Positions 41,104-58,424 of a stretch of DNA of 64,000 nucleotides are shown piece by piece (within the stretch, counting starts at the first letter, position 1; each line of letters starts with the position of its first letter). The notes below the pieces were generated by a model, which did no database searches, was not told where the DNA came from, and saw nothing but the letters and a program-made list of their open reading frames with translations. Source of the stretch: the human T2T-CHM13v2.0 reference genome, Homo sapiens; the NCBI RefSeq assembly GCF_009914755.1, contig NC_060928.1, one strand, 5' to 3'. The translations under genes were made by a program, and so were the position numbers.

Positions 41104-41330
41104 GCTTCTTATCCTCCTTCCCTACTTTATCTTACCCCCTTAGCATCTATAGCTATCTAACATACTACTTGACTTAGTTATCATGTTTACTTTCTATCTC
41201 CCCACTAGAAAGCAAGCTCCATGAGGGCAGAGATTTTTATCTATTTCCTTTTCTCTGTGCCCCAGCACTTGGAGTAGTGCTTGATATGGGACAGGGGCTC
41301 AATAAATTTTTGTTGAGTGATTGAATGACT
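40270..41330 (+). mobile_element. L2 LINE 3' part, containing a ~22-unit CA repeat at 41059-41102
   Basis: catggctttaaatagcacttatatgct...cccactagaaagcaagctccatgagggcagagatttt...ctcaataaatttttgttgagtgattgaatg. Confidence 0.85.
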
Positions 41331-41683
41331 CTGCAAAGAAACACACTTAAGCAGAAAAAGTATTTTACAGTAATCTGTGAAAATATGGGATTAAGAGGAA
41401 GTTCTTTCATCATTGCTTATGCATCACTCATCTAAAAGGGCTGATCTGATCTTCATATATTTCAAGTATATATTTCAAGCTTGATGGTCTAGAAATATAA
41501 CACCAGGAGTCAGGAGGCCTCATTTCTCTTGAATAGAAACAATCTACTCTGTCTCTCAGGATCTTATAATAAGAACATGAAATCATGCTGTTCTATAGCC
41601 ACTGATCTTTTCTACTGGCACACTGAGGTCAGCTCAGCCAGCCAACCGATATTTATGGAAAGTCAGCTTGGTCTCAGGCATCA

Positions 41684-42194
41684 AAAAATGGCCCTGATAG
41701 ACTTGCTTGATGCAGGGTTATCACAAACCTTCAATTTGTAAAAGATAAAATATCTGCAAGGTGCAGTAAGTAAAGCAAAGTGCGATCAAATAAGGTATGC
41801 CTGTAACTGAAACAAATGTTTCCTCTTCCTGTCAGGAAAGATTTAGTTGTACCCTACAAGTATATCAGCCTTCTTTTAAGGTAGGTGTTGGGAGACATGA
41901 CTGGTGCCTAGTTTTAAATTAGCTCTTACATACAAGATACCAGAGCTCTGTAGCTATTTTTGGGAAAGATTATTTAATATAGAATGGACAGATACATACA
42001 ACTGTATTGTTTTTAAATACAAAATTAAAGTGACTAGTTCTCTAAGAAAAAAAAAAGTTTTACTTTAGAAGGGACTAAGAAAATCTGATGCCAAACTTTA
42101 GAAGAAATTTGTTTGTTTGTTTGTTTGTTTTTTAATTCTAAGAATATACTGAGTAGAGAAGCTACACAGCTTAAAGACTTGTGGAAGGTTTTAA
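41684..42194 (+). repeat. Dispersed ~510-bp duplicate of 46593-46929 plus 49458-49631
   Basis: Co-linear match covering a Tigger1 terminus and unique flank; about 20 mismatches in the first ~337 bp by eye. Confidence 0.95.
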
Positions 42195-43956
42195 GATGTT
42201 TTTGTTTTGCTGGGAGGTGACAGAAAAAAGTCAAGTAAACAATATAAATTATTAAATTAATTTCAGACAGTAGTAAGTACAAGGAAGATAAAAGAGAATA
42301 AAGTGGTAGATGATGTCGGGAATAGGAACAGGTTGGGAAGGGCTGCTTATAGCTAGGGAAGTATTTGAAAAAGTGATATTTGAAAGAGCCAGAATGAAGA
42401 GAAGGGGGAACCATGGGAGGATCTGTGGCAAAGCCCTTCCAGATGGAAGGAATGAGCTGAAGTGTAGTGAATGCAGAGGAAACTAGAAAAAAAAAATGAT
42501 GTCTGAGAAAGAGCCAGAGGCTAGATCACGTACAGCTTTGCAGGCACAGTAAGGAATCAAGATTTCTACGTGTAGTGAAAGAATCAGAAAGCTCTAAGTA
42601 AATGACACCAGCTACTTTTCAAAAGATACTTCTGGCTGCTTTAGAGATAAAGAAAGACCACAGGGGCCAGAATGGGATGGTGATGCGTCCCTGTGATTAA
42701 AGGCAGGGAGACTTTCAGAAGGCTGTCACATTGCTCTGTCTGTTGGCCATACCAGAAGTTAGGATCTTCCACCTTTCTCACTCTCTTCTCATCCCCAGAC
42801 TTGGGTTTGGTTTAGTGCTTGACTGGATTTCCTATTACAAGTCTAAGCTTAGCAATAGAAAAGGAACGAAAAACAGAGAGCAGACACTAGTGCATTCCAT
42901 TTCAGATGCTATTCTAAACCAAAATATCATTTTGCCATAAGCTGCTGAAACTCCAGTCAAAAAGTGAGAGTCAGACAGCAACCCAGCTGTTTTATATCCC
43001 TCCTCTGCCCTTGCTGTAAAACCACAGAAGTCCTCTCTTTGTTCTACCCATTGCTTTTTTGCATAGACTGAGCCTCCACTTTTAGGGATTTCTAGGTACA
43101 CAGTTCTATGGATTCTTTTCTTTTGTCACCAAATATGGCAACAATTCCTTTTAACATATTTTACAATGCTCTCTACCCCGAGGTGCCTCATAAATATTAA
43201 TAAAAATCATTACCATCACTCTACTGAATCAAACAGCCCATGTGTTGCTTACAGAGTACTTGTTACAATCTGACTTATCACAGTACTTACTTAACATGCA
43301 TGGCTATTCACTTAACACATGGCCTTTTGACACTAACCACATTTTAAGTAATGCAAGCGCCAGCATGCAGTGGTGTGTAAAAAATATTCACCAGAGAAAT
43401 ATTAGCAGCAACAGCACATAAACTGCTTCTTCATTTCAGAAGACTCATAGAGTCTATTCTTGAAAGTAATTTCAAAGACTAGAAATATCAAAAACAATGT
43501 TAAAATACAGGCATACCTTGGAGATATTGAAGGTTCAGATCCAAACCACTGTAATAAGGCAAGTCACACAAATTTTGGAGTTCCCAGTGCATATAAAAGT
43601 TATGTTTAAACTAAACTGCAGTGTATTAAGTGTACAACCGCATTATGTCTAAAAATGTACATAATTTTAAAATACTTTATTGCTAAAAATGCTAACAATC
43701 ATCTGAGCCTTCAATGAATCATAGTCTTTTTGCTATGGTCAAAAAGGTGGAAGGTCATGCCTTGGTGTTGATGGCTGCTGACTGACAAGGGCAGGGGTCG
43801 CTGAAGGTTGGAGAGGCTGTGGTAATTTCTTAAAATAAGACAATGATAAAGTTTGCTGTATTGATTAACTTTTCATTTCATAAAAGTTCTCTATAGTATG
43901 TGATACTGTTTGATAGCATTTTATGCAGAGTAGAACTTCTTTTAAAACTGAGGTTA

Positions 43957-44256
43957 GGCTGGGCATAGTGGCTCATGCCTACAATCCTAGCACTTTGGGA
44001 GGCTAATGTGGGAGGATCTCTTGAGGCCAGGAGTTTGGGTAACATGGCAAGACACCCATCTCTACAAAAAAAATGTTAAAAAATTATCCAGACATGGTGG
44101 CATGCACCCATAGTTCCAGCTACTCAGGAGGCTAAGGCAGGAAGATCACTTGAGCCCAGGAATTCAAGGCTGCAGTAAGCCCTAATCACACCACTGCACT
44201 CCAGCCTGGGTGACAGTGAGACTCTAAAATAAATAAATAATCAAATAAATAAATAA
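43957..44256 (+). mobile_element. AluJ nested in Tigger1
   Basis: Dimeric Alu with (TAAA)n tail; imperfect TSD aaa(c/t)tgaggt. Confidence 0.92.
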
Positions 44257-44751
44257 ATTGAGGTCAATTCTTTCAAACCCTGCTACTACATTATCAACTA
44301 AGTAAGTTTATGTAATATTTAAATCCTTTGTTGTCATTTCAACAATATTCACAGCATCTTTGCCAGAAGTAGATTAGATTTCAAGAAACCACTTTCTTTG
44401 CTCATCCATAAGAAGCAACTCCTCATCTGTTCAAGTTTCATCATTAGATTGCAACATTCAGTTGTATGTTCAGGCTTCAATTCAAATTCTAGTTCTATTG
44501 ATATTTCTAACACATCTGCATTTACTTTCTCCAATTAAGTCTTCAACTTCCCAAAGCCATTTATGAGCGTTAGGATCAACTTTTTCCAGACTCCTATTGA
44601 TGTTGCTATTTTAACCTCCTCTGATAAATCACAAATGTTTATAATGGCATTTAGAATGGTGAATTCTTTACAGAAGGTTTTCAACTCACTTTGCCCAGAG
44701 CCATCAAAGGAATCACTATGGCAGCTATAGCCTTACAAAATGTATTTCTCA

Positions 44752-44878
<127 letters not shown>

Positions 44879-45667
44879 ATACTCCTTGGTTCCTGGGCTG
44901 CAGAATGGATGTTAACAGCCATGAAAATATATTAATCTCCTTGTACATTTCCATCAGAGCTCTTTGGTGACTAGGTGCATTGTCAATGAACAGTAATATT
45001 TGAAAGAAATATTTTATTCCGAGCAGGAGGTCTCAAGAGTAGGCTTAAAATATTCAGTAAACCATTCTGTAAACAGATATGGTGTCATTCAGGCTTTGTT
45101 CAATTTATAAAGCACCGGCAGAGTAGATTTAGCATCATTCTTAAGGGCCTTAGGATTTTTAGAATGGCAAATGAGCATTGACTTCAAGTCACCAGCTGTA
45201 TTCCTAATAAGAGAGTTAATCTGTTCTTCGGAGCTTTGAAGCTAGATATTAGCTTCTCCTCTCTAGCTAGGAAAATCCTAGACAGTATCTTCTTTCAATG
45301 TAAGGCAATTTATTCTTCACTGAAAATCTGTTGTTTATGTAGACACTTTCATCAGTGATCTTAGCTGAATCTTCTGGATAACTTGCTGGAGCTTCTATAT
45401 CAGCACTTGCTTCTTCACCTTGCCCTTTTAAGTTATGGAGATGGCTTTTTTTCTTAAACTTCATGAACCAATTTCTGACAGCTTCTGACTTTTCTTCTTC
45501 AGCTACCTCACCTCTCTCAGCCTTCATAGAGTTGACTAGGGTTAGAATTTTGCTCTGGATTAGACTTTGGGTTAAAGAAATGTTGTGTCTGGTTTGATCT
45601 CTGTAAAGACTACTAAAATTTGTTCCATATCAGCAATAAGCCAGTTTTGCTTTCTTACCATGTGCAT

Positions 45668-46086
45668 TGTGATGGTTAATAATGAGAGGCAAGTTGATTG
45701 GATTGAAGTACTGATCTTGGGTGTGTTTGTGAAGGTGTTGCCAAAAGAGATTAACATTTGTGTTAGTGGGCTGGGAAAGGCAGACCCACCCGTAATCTCA
45801 GTGGGCACAACCTAATTAGCTGCCAGTGCGGCTAGAATATAAGCAGGCAGAAAAATGTGAAAAGAGAGACTGGCCTAGCCTCCCAGTCTACATCTTTCTC
45901 CTGTACTGGATGCTTCTTGCCCTCGAACATCGGACTCGAAGTTCTTCAGTTTTGGAACTCAGACTGCTCTCCTTGCTCCTCAGCCTGCAGCCTATTGTGG
46001 GACCTTGTGATCGTGTGAGTTAATAAACTCCCTTTTATATATCTATTCCATTAGTTCTATACCTCTATAGAACCCTGAATAATACA
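45668..46086 (+). mobile_element. MLT2A1-type (HERVL) solo LTR nested in Tigger1
   Basis: TG...CA termini (tgtgatggttaat...aataca), internal gggctgggaaaggcagacccaccc and gctagaatataagcaggcagaaaaa; 5-bp flanks tgcat and tgtgt. Confidence 0.9.
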
Positions 46087-46924
46087 TGTGTGTTCACTGG
46101 AGTAACACCTTTAATTTCCTTCAAGAAACTTTCCTTTGGATTCAAAACTTGACTAATTGGCACAGGAGGCCTAGCTTTCAGTCTATCTCAGCTTTTGATA
46201 TGCCTTCTTCACTAAGCTTAATAATTTCTAGCTTTTTATTTAAAGTGAGAGACTTGAGACTGTTTCTTTTACTTCAATACTTAGAGGCCATTGTAGGGTT
46301 ATTAATTGGCCTGATTTCAATACTGTTGTGTCTCAGGAAATAGGGAGGTCTGAGTAGAGGGAGAGATGGGAAAATGGGCCATCGATAAAGTCATCAGAAC
46401 ACACAACATATATCGATGAAGTTTGGCATCTTATATGGCTGCGGTTTGTGGTGCCATCAAAATTACAATACTAACATCAAAGATCAATGATCACAGATCA
46501 CTATAATAGATATAAAAATAATGAAAAGTGTAAAATATTGTAAGAATTACCAAAATGTAACACAGACACACAAAGTGAGCAAATGTTGTTGGAAAAATGG
46601 CCCTGATAGACTTGCTTGATGCAGGGTTATCACAAACCTTCAATTGGTAAAAAATAAAATATCTGCAAGGTGCAGTAAGTAAAGCAAAGTGGGATAAAAC
46701 AAGGTATGCCTGAACCTGAAACAAATGTTTCCTCTTCCTGTCAGGAAAGATGTCATTGTACCTTACAAGTATATCAGCCTTCTTTTGAGATAGGTGTTGG
46801 GAGACATGACTGGTGCCTAGTTTTAAATTAGCTCTTAGACACAAGATAGCAGAGCTCTGTAGCTATTTCTGAGAAAGATTATTTAATATAGAATGGACAG
46901 ATAGATACAACTGTATTGTTTTAA

Positions 46925-49456
<2,532 letters not shown>

Positions 49457-50860
49457 CAAAATTAAAGTGACTGGTTCTCTAAGAAAAAAAAAGTTTTACT
49501 TTAGAAGAGACTGAGAAAATCTGATGCCAAACTTTAGAAAGAAGCTTTTTTGTTTGTTTGTTTGTTTTTAACTCTAAGAATATACTGAGTAGAGAAGCTA
49601 CGCAGCTTAAAGACTTGTGGAAGGTTTTTAAACACTCCCATTTGGAGAGAAAGATCAAGTTTTCTGATGTTCCCCACCTTCAGCTTTATAGCTTAAAAAG
49701 CACTATGAAAATAGAATGAAAAAATGCTTCTGAGCATCTACACAACCGAAGACACCGTAAATTTGGTATATCTTATTAATCAACTCTATACTCTGCACTC
49801 AGAGTCTATATTACATATAGCAAAGACAATGTTGCCTATTAAGAAGGAATAGACAAATTAATCCCTACAGGGAAGGAAATTCAAAATTCTTTATTGCTAT
49901 GCTGAGGTGAGAAAATCCTTTAGCAGCAATTTGCATGTGCATCTAATGACAATTTGACAGCTACATTTAAATGAGCCTCAGGTAAAGAAGTAAAAGCTAA
50001 GCTGGAGCCTGTTAACAGATATATCACTTCTATTTCCCAGCTATGCCAAAGCATAACATGAAGAACCTTCCATAATGAGAGAAAGGAAGAATGTATATTG
50101 GAAGAATGGCTTTAATTGACAGAGCACTTGTTTCCTCAATATGAATAGTGTGTTTCTGTGTCATTTCATGATGAGAAAAGAAATTGTGATAACAGCATGG
50201 AGCGCTGGAAGAAAATAAATTAGAATCTAAGACAAATAATGAGCTTTACAGCTGAAGGCAATCCAAAGGATAGCACAGAACATTAGAATAGTACAAGCAT
50301 TTTGATTCTATAAAATCTACATGTGTCTTTATCTTTCTTTCCTTCCTATGTTTCCTCCCTCCCTTTCTTACTAAAAACATCCTTAAGGCAGAGCTCAATA
50401 TGAATTTACAGTATTGAATACATGGCTTTATGTCGAGTAAGTTCATTAACACATACAGTAAAATTGGCAGGTTGATTTTTTGTTTTTGTTTTGAAGCTGT
50501 ACTGCTACTGTTAAGAAACATGAATAGCATTTCTATTCAGCAACAGCCCTTCTCCCTTTATGTTCATACCATGTTGATGTGCCCCTATTTCTTCAGTGAA
50601 AAGATCTATAAAGGAATGAGGTGTTTTCATTTCTAAAAGTGAACATATCTGTGTAGTCAAAGGATTTCAATAATAAAAGTCTCAAATGTATTTTGCACTA
50701 TCTACATATTCTTAAAAGTAATTTTTTTATCTGTGAATCATGAGCAAAATGAAAACATCTTAAAGATGGCAGTAGTTATCCAAGCACTGATTTAACAAGC
50801 CAAAACCTGAAGGTTTGAACCGCCACATTTGAATATTTAATACATCAGAGAGGATGTCTT

Positions 50861-51028
50861 TTTTTTATTATTATACTTTAAGTTCTAGGGTACATGTGCA
50901 CAACGTGCAGGTGTGTTACGTATCTATACATGTGCCATGTTGGTGTGCTGCACCCATTAACTCATCATTTACATTAGGCATATCTCCTAATGCTATCCCT
51001 CCCCGCTCCCCCCACCCCACAACAGGCC
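50861..51028 (-). mobile_element. Short L1PA 3' end
   Basis: ttattattatactttaagttctagggtacatgtgcacaacgtgcagg...ccccacaacaggcc; gtctt on both flanks. Confidence 0.93.
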
Positions 51029-51446
51029 GTCTTATGAAGGTTATCAATGGCTCTAAAGGCCAGCTTTAAAAATTCACAGAACTGAAAAAGTACATGTCAG
51101 ATTACTGCAAAAGGATAAAGCATGGTTTGAGGTTCTGTGGAAACCAGTGAAATCAATGTCCATTACCCAAAAAGTAAAATATAATATGAGGGTTAAGAAT
51201 TTGAGGATATTCAAAGGAAAATTATATTTAAAATAAATATATATTAATTAAACCTGAAATAGAATACTTTTTCACAGTTGATTTAGGTGAACCATCCTCT
51301 TGAATACTGGCAACAACAATGTTATCTTCTTTTACTTACAAGTTAAATGCCCAAATTAGAATGTAATTCCTTCACAGATTCCAAGTTGATATTTCAAAGT
51401 ATAATAAATATGTACAGCTAGTATAGATCAACAAAAATACATACTA

Positions 51447-51763
<317 letters not shown>

Positions 51764-52066
51764 CCTAAAGAATAATAAAGACAGAAGTGGATAAAAAGTT
51801 AATTTGCTATGACTTGAAGATGTGATTTTGTAACTTCTTTTGTAACTTCAGTCATTCTTGATACGAATTTCCAGCATGAGACAAATCACTTTGAGATTGA
51901 TTATTATAACTACATCTACTAAAACACAGATAAAAAGCAAAGCACTATAAAGAAAAATTTGAAAGTCTGGAAAGGGACCTTTGTGGCCTCCTGAGAGAAG
52001 CTTTTGCAAGTACCACATTGTTCTCTAAATTTCTATATTTTTCTGGGCAAAGAAATAATTATGTAC

Positions 52067-52129
52067 CTGTGTTTCTTAATGTCATTTATTCCATTCTTCA
52101 GATTTCCCAGCCTTTCTGTTGGATTTTGC
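52067..52129 (-). CDS. PRKG2: PRKG2 coding exon (kinase subdomain XI)
   Basis: ttttag|G CAA AAT...CAC AG|gtacat; 63 nt encoding (R)QNPTERLGNLKNGINDIKKH(R). Confidence 0.98.
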
Positions 52130-52787
52130 CTAAAACAATAATTTGTAAAAGGCAATTTATAATAATTATATTTATAATAATTATAATTCAGAAAATTTTA
52201 AATTAAAACTTAACATCTATTTGTTAATTAATTAATTCATTCATTCATTAAAAAACATGCATGAAGTTGCTACTGTAGACCAGACATCTGAGTTTAGGGA
52301 GGTGAAAAGACACGACCTCCTCCCTGGAGGAGCCACAGTTAAATTAGACTTCGGAGTGTATATATATATATGTGTGTATAAGGTATGAATAAATACTTTA
52401 AAGAACAAGCAGGCACTATCTTGCCAACTGTGCTGAGAAAACCGGGGCAAGCTTTAGAGAATCATTTACATCTAAGCTGAAATCTTAGAAGCATACTGGC
52501 AACCCATAGCTACGTTTTTAGTTCTAAATTATACTAAATTGTAATGCTTTTTTAAAAGTTCAAATAGGAAAAAAACAGCAAAATGAATTTTAAACAAAAA
52601 AAATCCAGAAGTCTCCTATTCTCTGATAAATTATTTTTAATGGTAAGTAGAAGTTGGGGTAATTTAAAATAAGAACAGAGGAGCACTTTTTAAAAAATGA
52701 AGATGGAAAGAGGTCATATAATAACACTTCATTATCACGACTAATTTTCTTTCAAAATAACAAGATTATTATAAATAAATTACTCCT

Positions 52788-53194
52788 ATTTTATATTGTG
52801 AAAATTTATGTGGCACATGAGAAAATTCGTTACGCGTATATAATGCCTAGTGATCAACTCAGGGTATTAAGGATGTCCGTTGCCTGAGTATAATACATTT
52901 TTGTTAAGTATTCAATTGTCCTCTTTGAACATTGAATTTATTCCTTTTATCTTACTGTATAATTACCTATTTAACCCACTTCCCTTCAGCCTCCCCTCTC
53001 CCTTCCGAGTCCCTGATATCTACATTTCCGTTTTCTATCTCCATGTGTTCAAATTTTTTAGCTCTTACATAGAAACAAGAACATTGAATATTTGTCTTTT
53101 TGTGTCTGGCTTATTTCACTTAAGATAATGACCTTCAGTTCCTTCCATGTTGCTGAAAATGATATGACTTCATTCTTTTTCATTGCTGAAATAG
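52788..53194 (-). mobile_element. L1MA-like 3' fragment with 12-bp TSD
   Basis: Antisense L1 3' text (tgtgtctggcttatttcacttaagataatgaccttcagttcc). TSD taaattactcct at 52776-52787 and 53195-53206. Confidence 0.85.
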
Positions 53195-53509
53195 TAAATT
53201 ACTCCTTTTTTAGCCTAAGGTTTATGGTTTATTTTGCTCTCTAACAGATAAAGATGATACCCAAAGGTTGTCTGAAAAATTTAGATCTTTTTTTAAACTA
53301 CTTCATAAGTAGGTACTGTGATTCTGTAATGTGAGGTCAACTAAAACCCCCTACACTGCAAAACAGAAAATGACTTCCTTCAAATATAATTTGCCTATAT
53401 AAAAACAGCACAAAAAGTAAATATGCACCTAATTTTAAAATGTGTAGAAACAGAAACCGAAGCCTTTAGACTTTCTTCAAGACAAGGGGTTACTGACTGT
53501 CATTCTCAC

Positions 53510-53632
53510 CTGCAAAGCCTCCGAATCAAATCCTCAGGTCGTCGTGTTATCTTCCTGGGAAAATCCATTTTTTCAATTCCTTTGAGAATCAAATTGTAGG
53601 TCATCATTTGGTCAACCCCAGAAAAGGGTGGG
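53510..53632 (-). CDS. PRKG2: PRKG2 coding exon (kinase subdomains IX-XI)
   Basis: ctag|C CCA CCC TTT...TGC AG|gtgag; 123 nt encoding (N)PPFSGVDQMMTYNLILKGIEKMDFPRKITRRPEDLIRRLC(R). Confidence 0.98.
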
Positions 53633-53899
53633 CTAGATAGAGAAAATCCAGAACAGGACACATTAATAACAGGGTCTGAGATCACATTTGGAATGAATTT
53701 TCTTTCTTCCTTCTTTCCTTCCCTCCCTTCTTTCATTTCTTCCTCTCTCTGTCTCAGTTGTTTTACAACAAATTTAGATATATCCTAGAATATCATCTCA
53801 CTAATTTAATATCGCTTAGCACACAATACACACACACATGCACATACAGGTAATTGGTCATGTGTCGATAATCACTAATAATAAAATAAAGAAAGGGAC

Positions 53900-55194
53900 A
53901 GAGAAGGTGTGATTTTTTGAGATACAGTAAATAAGAAAAGCCTCTCATAGGCTGACAATTGTGCAGACGTATGAATAAAGAGAGGGAAGGAAGTGAATGC
54001 ACCGCACCACTACCTATGGCAGACAGTTCTAAGACAGGAAGCACAAAGGCCATGAGTCAGGAGTGGGCCTGGGAGGTCCTGCATAGTGAAGTGGGCAGTG
54101 TGGCTGGTGGAGTGAGGAAGCAAGAGGGGAGTACATAGATGAGGACAATATCGCATAGATGAAGTGGGCTATCAGAAGGACCTGGGGATACATTCTGAGC
54201 AGGATGATCTAAATTAGAGCAGCCAGAGTAAGGTTTTCCTAATGTGTAGAGGATAAACTATGATGATGGTAGTGAGAAAGTCAGGGGCAAGGAGCCCCAG
54301 TAACCTTGCCTAGCATAGTAATGTTGAAAGTAGTGAGATATGGCTGGATTCTACATCTACTTAGACTGTGCAATAGGCTGAATGTCTGTGTTCCACCAAA
54401 TTCATTTGTTGAAACCCTAATCCCAGTGTGATGGTATTTGGAGGTGAGGCCTGTGGGAGGTAATTAAATCAGAAGGGTGAAGCCCTCATGAATGGGACTG
54501 GTGCCATTCTAAGGAAAAGCTAGGGAGCTAGTTGCCTGGCTTTTGGCCATGTGAGGATACAAGGAGAAGTCAGCAGTAACTCAGATTAGGATGCTCACCA
54601 TAACACAACCACCCTGGTAACCTGATCTGGGACTTCCAACCTGCAGCTGTGAAAAATAAATGTTTGCTGCTTAAGCCACCCAGTTTATAGTATTTTGCTA
54701 TAGCAGCCCAAGCTGACTAAGACACATAGTAAAGCCATCAAAGTTTGCTAATGGGGTGAATAAGGCATGTGGGAGAAACAAAGAATTCAAGAATGATGCT
54801 AAAGTGTTTTGGCCTTGTTGCAGTTATTTCCTAAGAGGAGAAAGACGGAGTTGGGGTGGTGTGCAGAGCGGGTTATGGGGAAGGGAATCAAGAGTTATGT
54901 TTTAAACATCCAAATGGAAATGCTAAGCAGGAAGGTAGATTTATGACATAGGCATTTAGGAAAGGGGTTAAGGCTCAAAGTGTGACTTGCGGAGTCATCA
55001 GACAGTATTTATGGCTATGAGAATTGATGGTATCATCAAGAGAGTGAGTGGGTAAAAAGAGAGAATAGAGGTCAAGAACTGAATTGGTCCAATGTTGAGA
55101 GGTAGGAAGATGAAAAGAATCTAGCAATGGAGACTGAGAAGGAGCCACCAATGTGGGAAAAGAACAGGGAAGAAAATTCTAGAAGCCAAGTGAA
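53900..55194 (-). mobile_element. L2 LINE fragment interrupted by MLT1A
   Basis: Purine-rich antisense L2 text (gcacaaaggccatgag...aagaatgatgctaaagtgttttggcc...agaagccaagtgaagagag). Confidence 0.6.
54369..54724 (+). mobile_element. MLT1A-type MaLR solo LTR
   Basis: ctgaatgtctgtgttccaccaaattcatttgttgaaaccctaatcccagtgtgatggtatttggagg...aataaatgtttgctgcttaagccacccag...actaagaca. Confidence 0.85.
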
Positions 55195-55204
55195 GAGAGT
55201 ATTT

Positions 55205-55507
<303 letters not shown>

Positions 55508-55619
55508 GAGAGTATTTTTTAAAAAGTACTGCTAAGATCAGTAAACAAAGACTGAGAATTGGCCACTGAATTTGGATAACATTTTAACTCATATACTTTG
55601 CTTTCAAAAACACTTTCGA

Positions 55620-55939
<320 letters not shown>

Positions 55940-56309
55940 CTATTATGCCATTTAATTTTTGAAAATTAAAGATGACTTTCCATGAACTACTTTTGCTATA
56001 TATTAGTCACACTGGAGACCTTGTGTTACTGAGCTTTCCCACTCTAGATAATAAACGAGACAGTCAGTGTACCAACTTTTTACTAAACTATATTTCACTT
56101 GTAAAGAAAATGAGGCAGGAAACCAAAAACATTGTTATGATATATTCAACTTATTTATATATTAACACTATTGGTTTTTTTTTTTTTTTTAATTTTCATT
56201 TCCCTCCTATGCTCTGGAGTTCAGGGCATTTAAAGTTAACCTTTCTCATGCCCTACCCAGAAAATCATTTACAGGTCAAACAAAACAATTGTTACAAAAA
56301 CAGTTTCTT

Positions 56310-56632
<323 letters not shown>

Positions 56633-57305
56633 CTACTCCTTCTAATATGTTATTCCAGCTGGTGAAAACTGACATACATATCTGATTACCTATAGAAGCC
56701 AGCATGTATCTCTTACAAATGCAGCTGACAAATTTCCCAGAGAAACAAATTTTTGAAATAGAATTCGTTGTGCCCAAGCCCTTAAACAACTTTTCTCTGA
56801 ATGACTGAATATTTTCTCTTCCTTCCTTCAGAATCTTAAGCAATGAATATTTGAAAATAATTACAGACAATATAAAATGGTCTTTCATATTTGTTTGCTC
56901 AATGCAAGGTGTAAAATGTAGCCACAGATAGTCTAACACTGAAATTTGTAGCGTAGAAAGTTCAAGAAGATTCTATGAAACTCTTTTCATAAAGTATGTG
57001 TTAAGACTTGTATCTTCACCAATAGACTCGTTCTAGTATTTCTTAAACCATTCCAAATGCAAATCCTCTCTGAAATTAAGACTGAGAATATTTGGTTATA
57101 AAGGGTTATAAGGATGATCAAATCAGTTAACCAGAAATGGAGCTAGAAAACCAGAAAGAAAATTGATTTGAATTCTGTGTGTGTATGCCCATGCATTGTA
57201 TCATAAACACATATAGAAGGAAGGTGCGTCACATTTAGTCAGAAGATCTAGTATTATGTTACTGATCTTGGACAGGTAGCTCTCTCACCTGGTTTTCTAA
57301 TCTAT

Positions 57306-57363
57306 AAAATGTAAATCATAAAATAATCATAATAAAAATGTAAATCATAAAATAATCATAATA
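57306..57363. repeat. Perfect 29-bp tandem duplication inside a MIR remnant
   Basis: aaaatgtaaatcataaaataatcataata x2. Confidence 0.93.
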
Positions 57364-58144
57364 AAAATTCCTAACTTATCTTCCACACAAGCTTGTCAGA
57401 ACTAAACTACATAATACACATGTAAGTGCTTTGTAAAATGTAAAGTACTTTACAAATGTGAGGTAATATCACATATAGCCTGTGTATGTGTGTTTGCGTA
57501 GGTGTGTAATGTGTGTATGTGCATTTAAATATTTGAGATCCTGGATTCACTAACACAGTCCTTTAATCTCTTTGGGAATGACAATTCAATTTTCACTGCT
57601 AAAACCCCTGCAGTGTCTTGTCTCTGTTCATTAGCACCTCTAGAAAGCAGCTGACAAGAGGATTAAAATTTAAATCCAGAAATGGTGCTTTGTTCTAGCA
57701 TTTCTGGTTAATGATATGTTGGGAAGATGGATAATTTCAGTTTAATTGATCAATGGATTTAACTGAACTCAGATTGCTGTTTTCTCCATTACACAAAAAA
57801 GAGGAAATAATAACACAGCCCAGAACTTTCATTCCTTCTCTTATTATTATGCTGAATTATTAAAGCCTTCATACTTAATTTGTTATCTACAGTAATAGGT
57901 CTTGCCACGTTAGGTAAACCACAGCAATTCTATATTCCTTTCCTTTGCCTTCCTGAATCTTTTCTTTATGTTATAAACCAGCAAGTTCACTGTATGTGAA
58001 ACAATGTCATGAGAAAAAGGTATCATACTTAATCGAAAACATTTTCAAAATGTTACGCTCTTAAAGTATATACACTTTATCACTAGTTAGGTTATTTTTG
58101 CATTTCTCTGAAGAGGTGGCTGCATAAAACTTGAAGGTACATAC

Positions 58145-58308
58145 TTGCCCGTTAGGAGCTCATACACTAGAATTCCCAGTGACCAGAAATCCACACTGAA
58201 GTCATGTCCCTTGTTGAGAATGACTTCAGGAGCTACATATTCTGGAGTCCCACAGAATGTCCATGTTTTCTGTCCAGACCCTATTTTCTTCGCAAATCCA
58301 AAGTCAAC
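58145..58308 (-). CDS. PRKG2: PRKG2 coding exon (DFG motif, activation loop, APE, subdomain IX)
   Basis: taccag|GTT GAC TTT GGA...GGC AA|gtat; 164 nt encoding [54 protein letters not shown](N). Confidence 0.99.
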
Positions 58309-58424
58309 CTGGTAAAGAATAGCAAAGAAATTGTGCAGAAACCATAAAACTCATGCTCCTCTTTAAGCCTCCCTCTTACCTCTGAAATCTGCTTTCTACA
58401 CCCCACCCTTCTTTTTATACCATG

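Noticed and set aside
53633-53736. N-terminal extension of ORF 53506..53736
   Set aside because: Intronic read-through upstream of the true acceptor at 53633-53634; only 53510-53632 is PRKG2 coding sequence.
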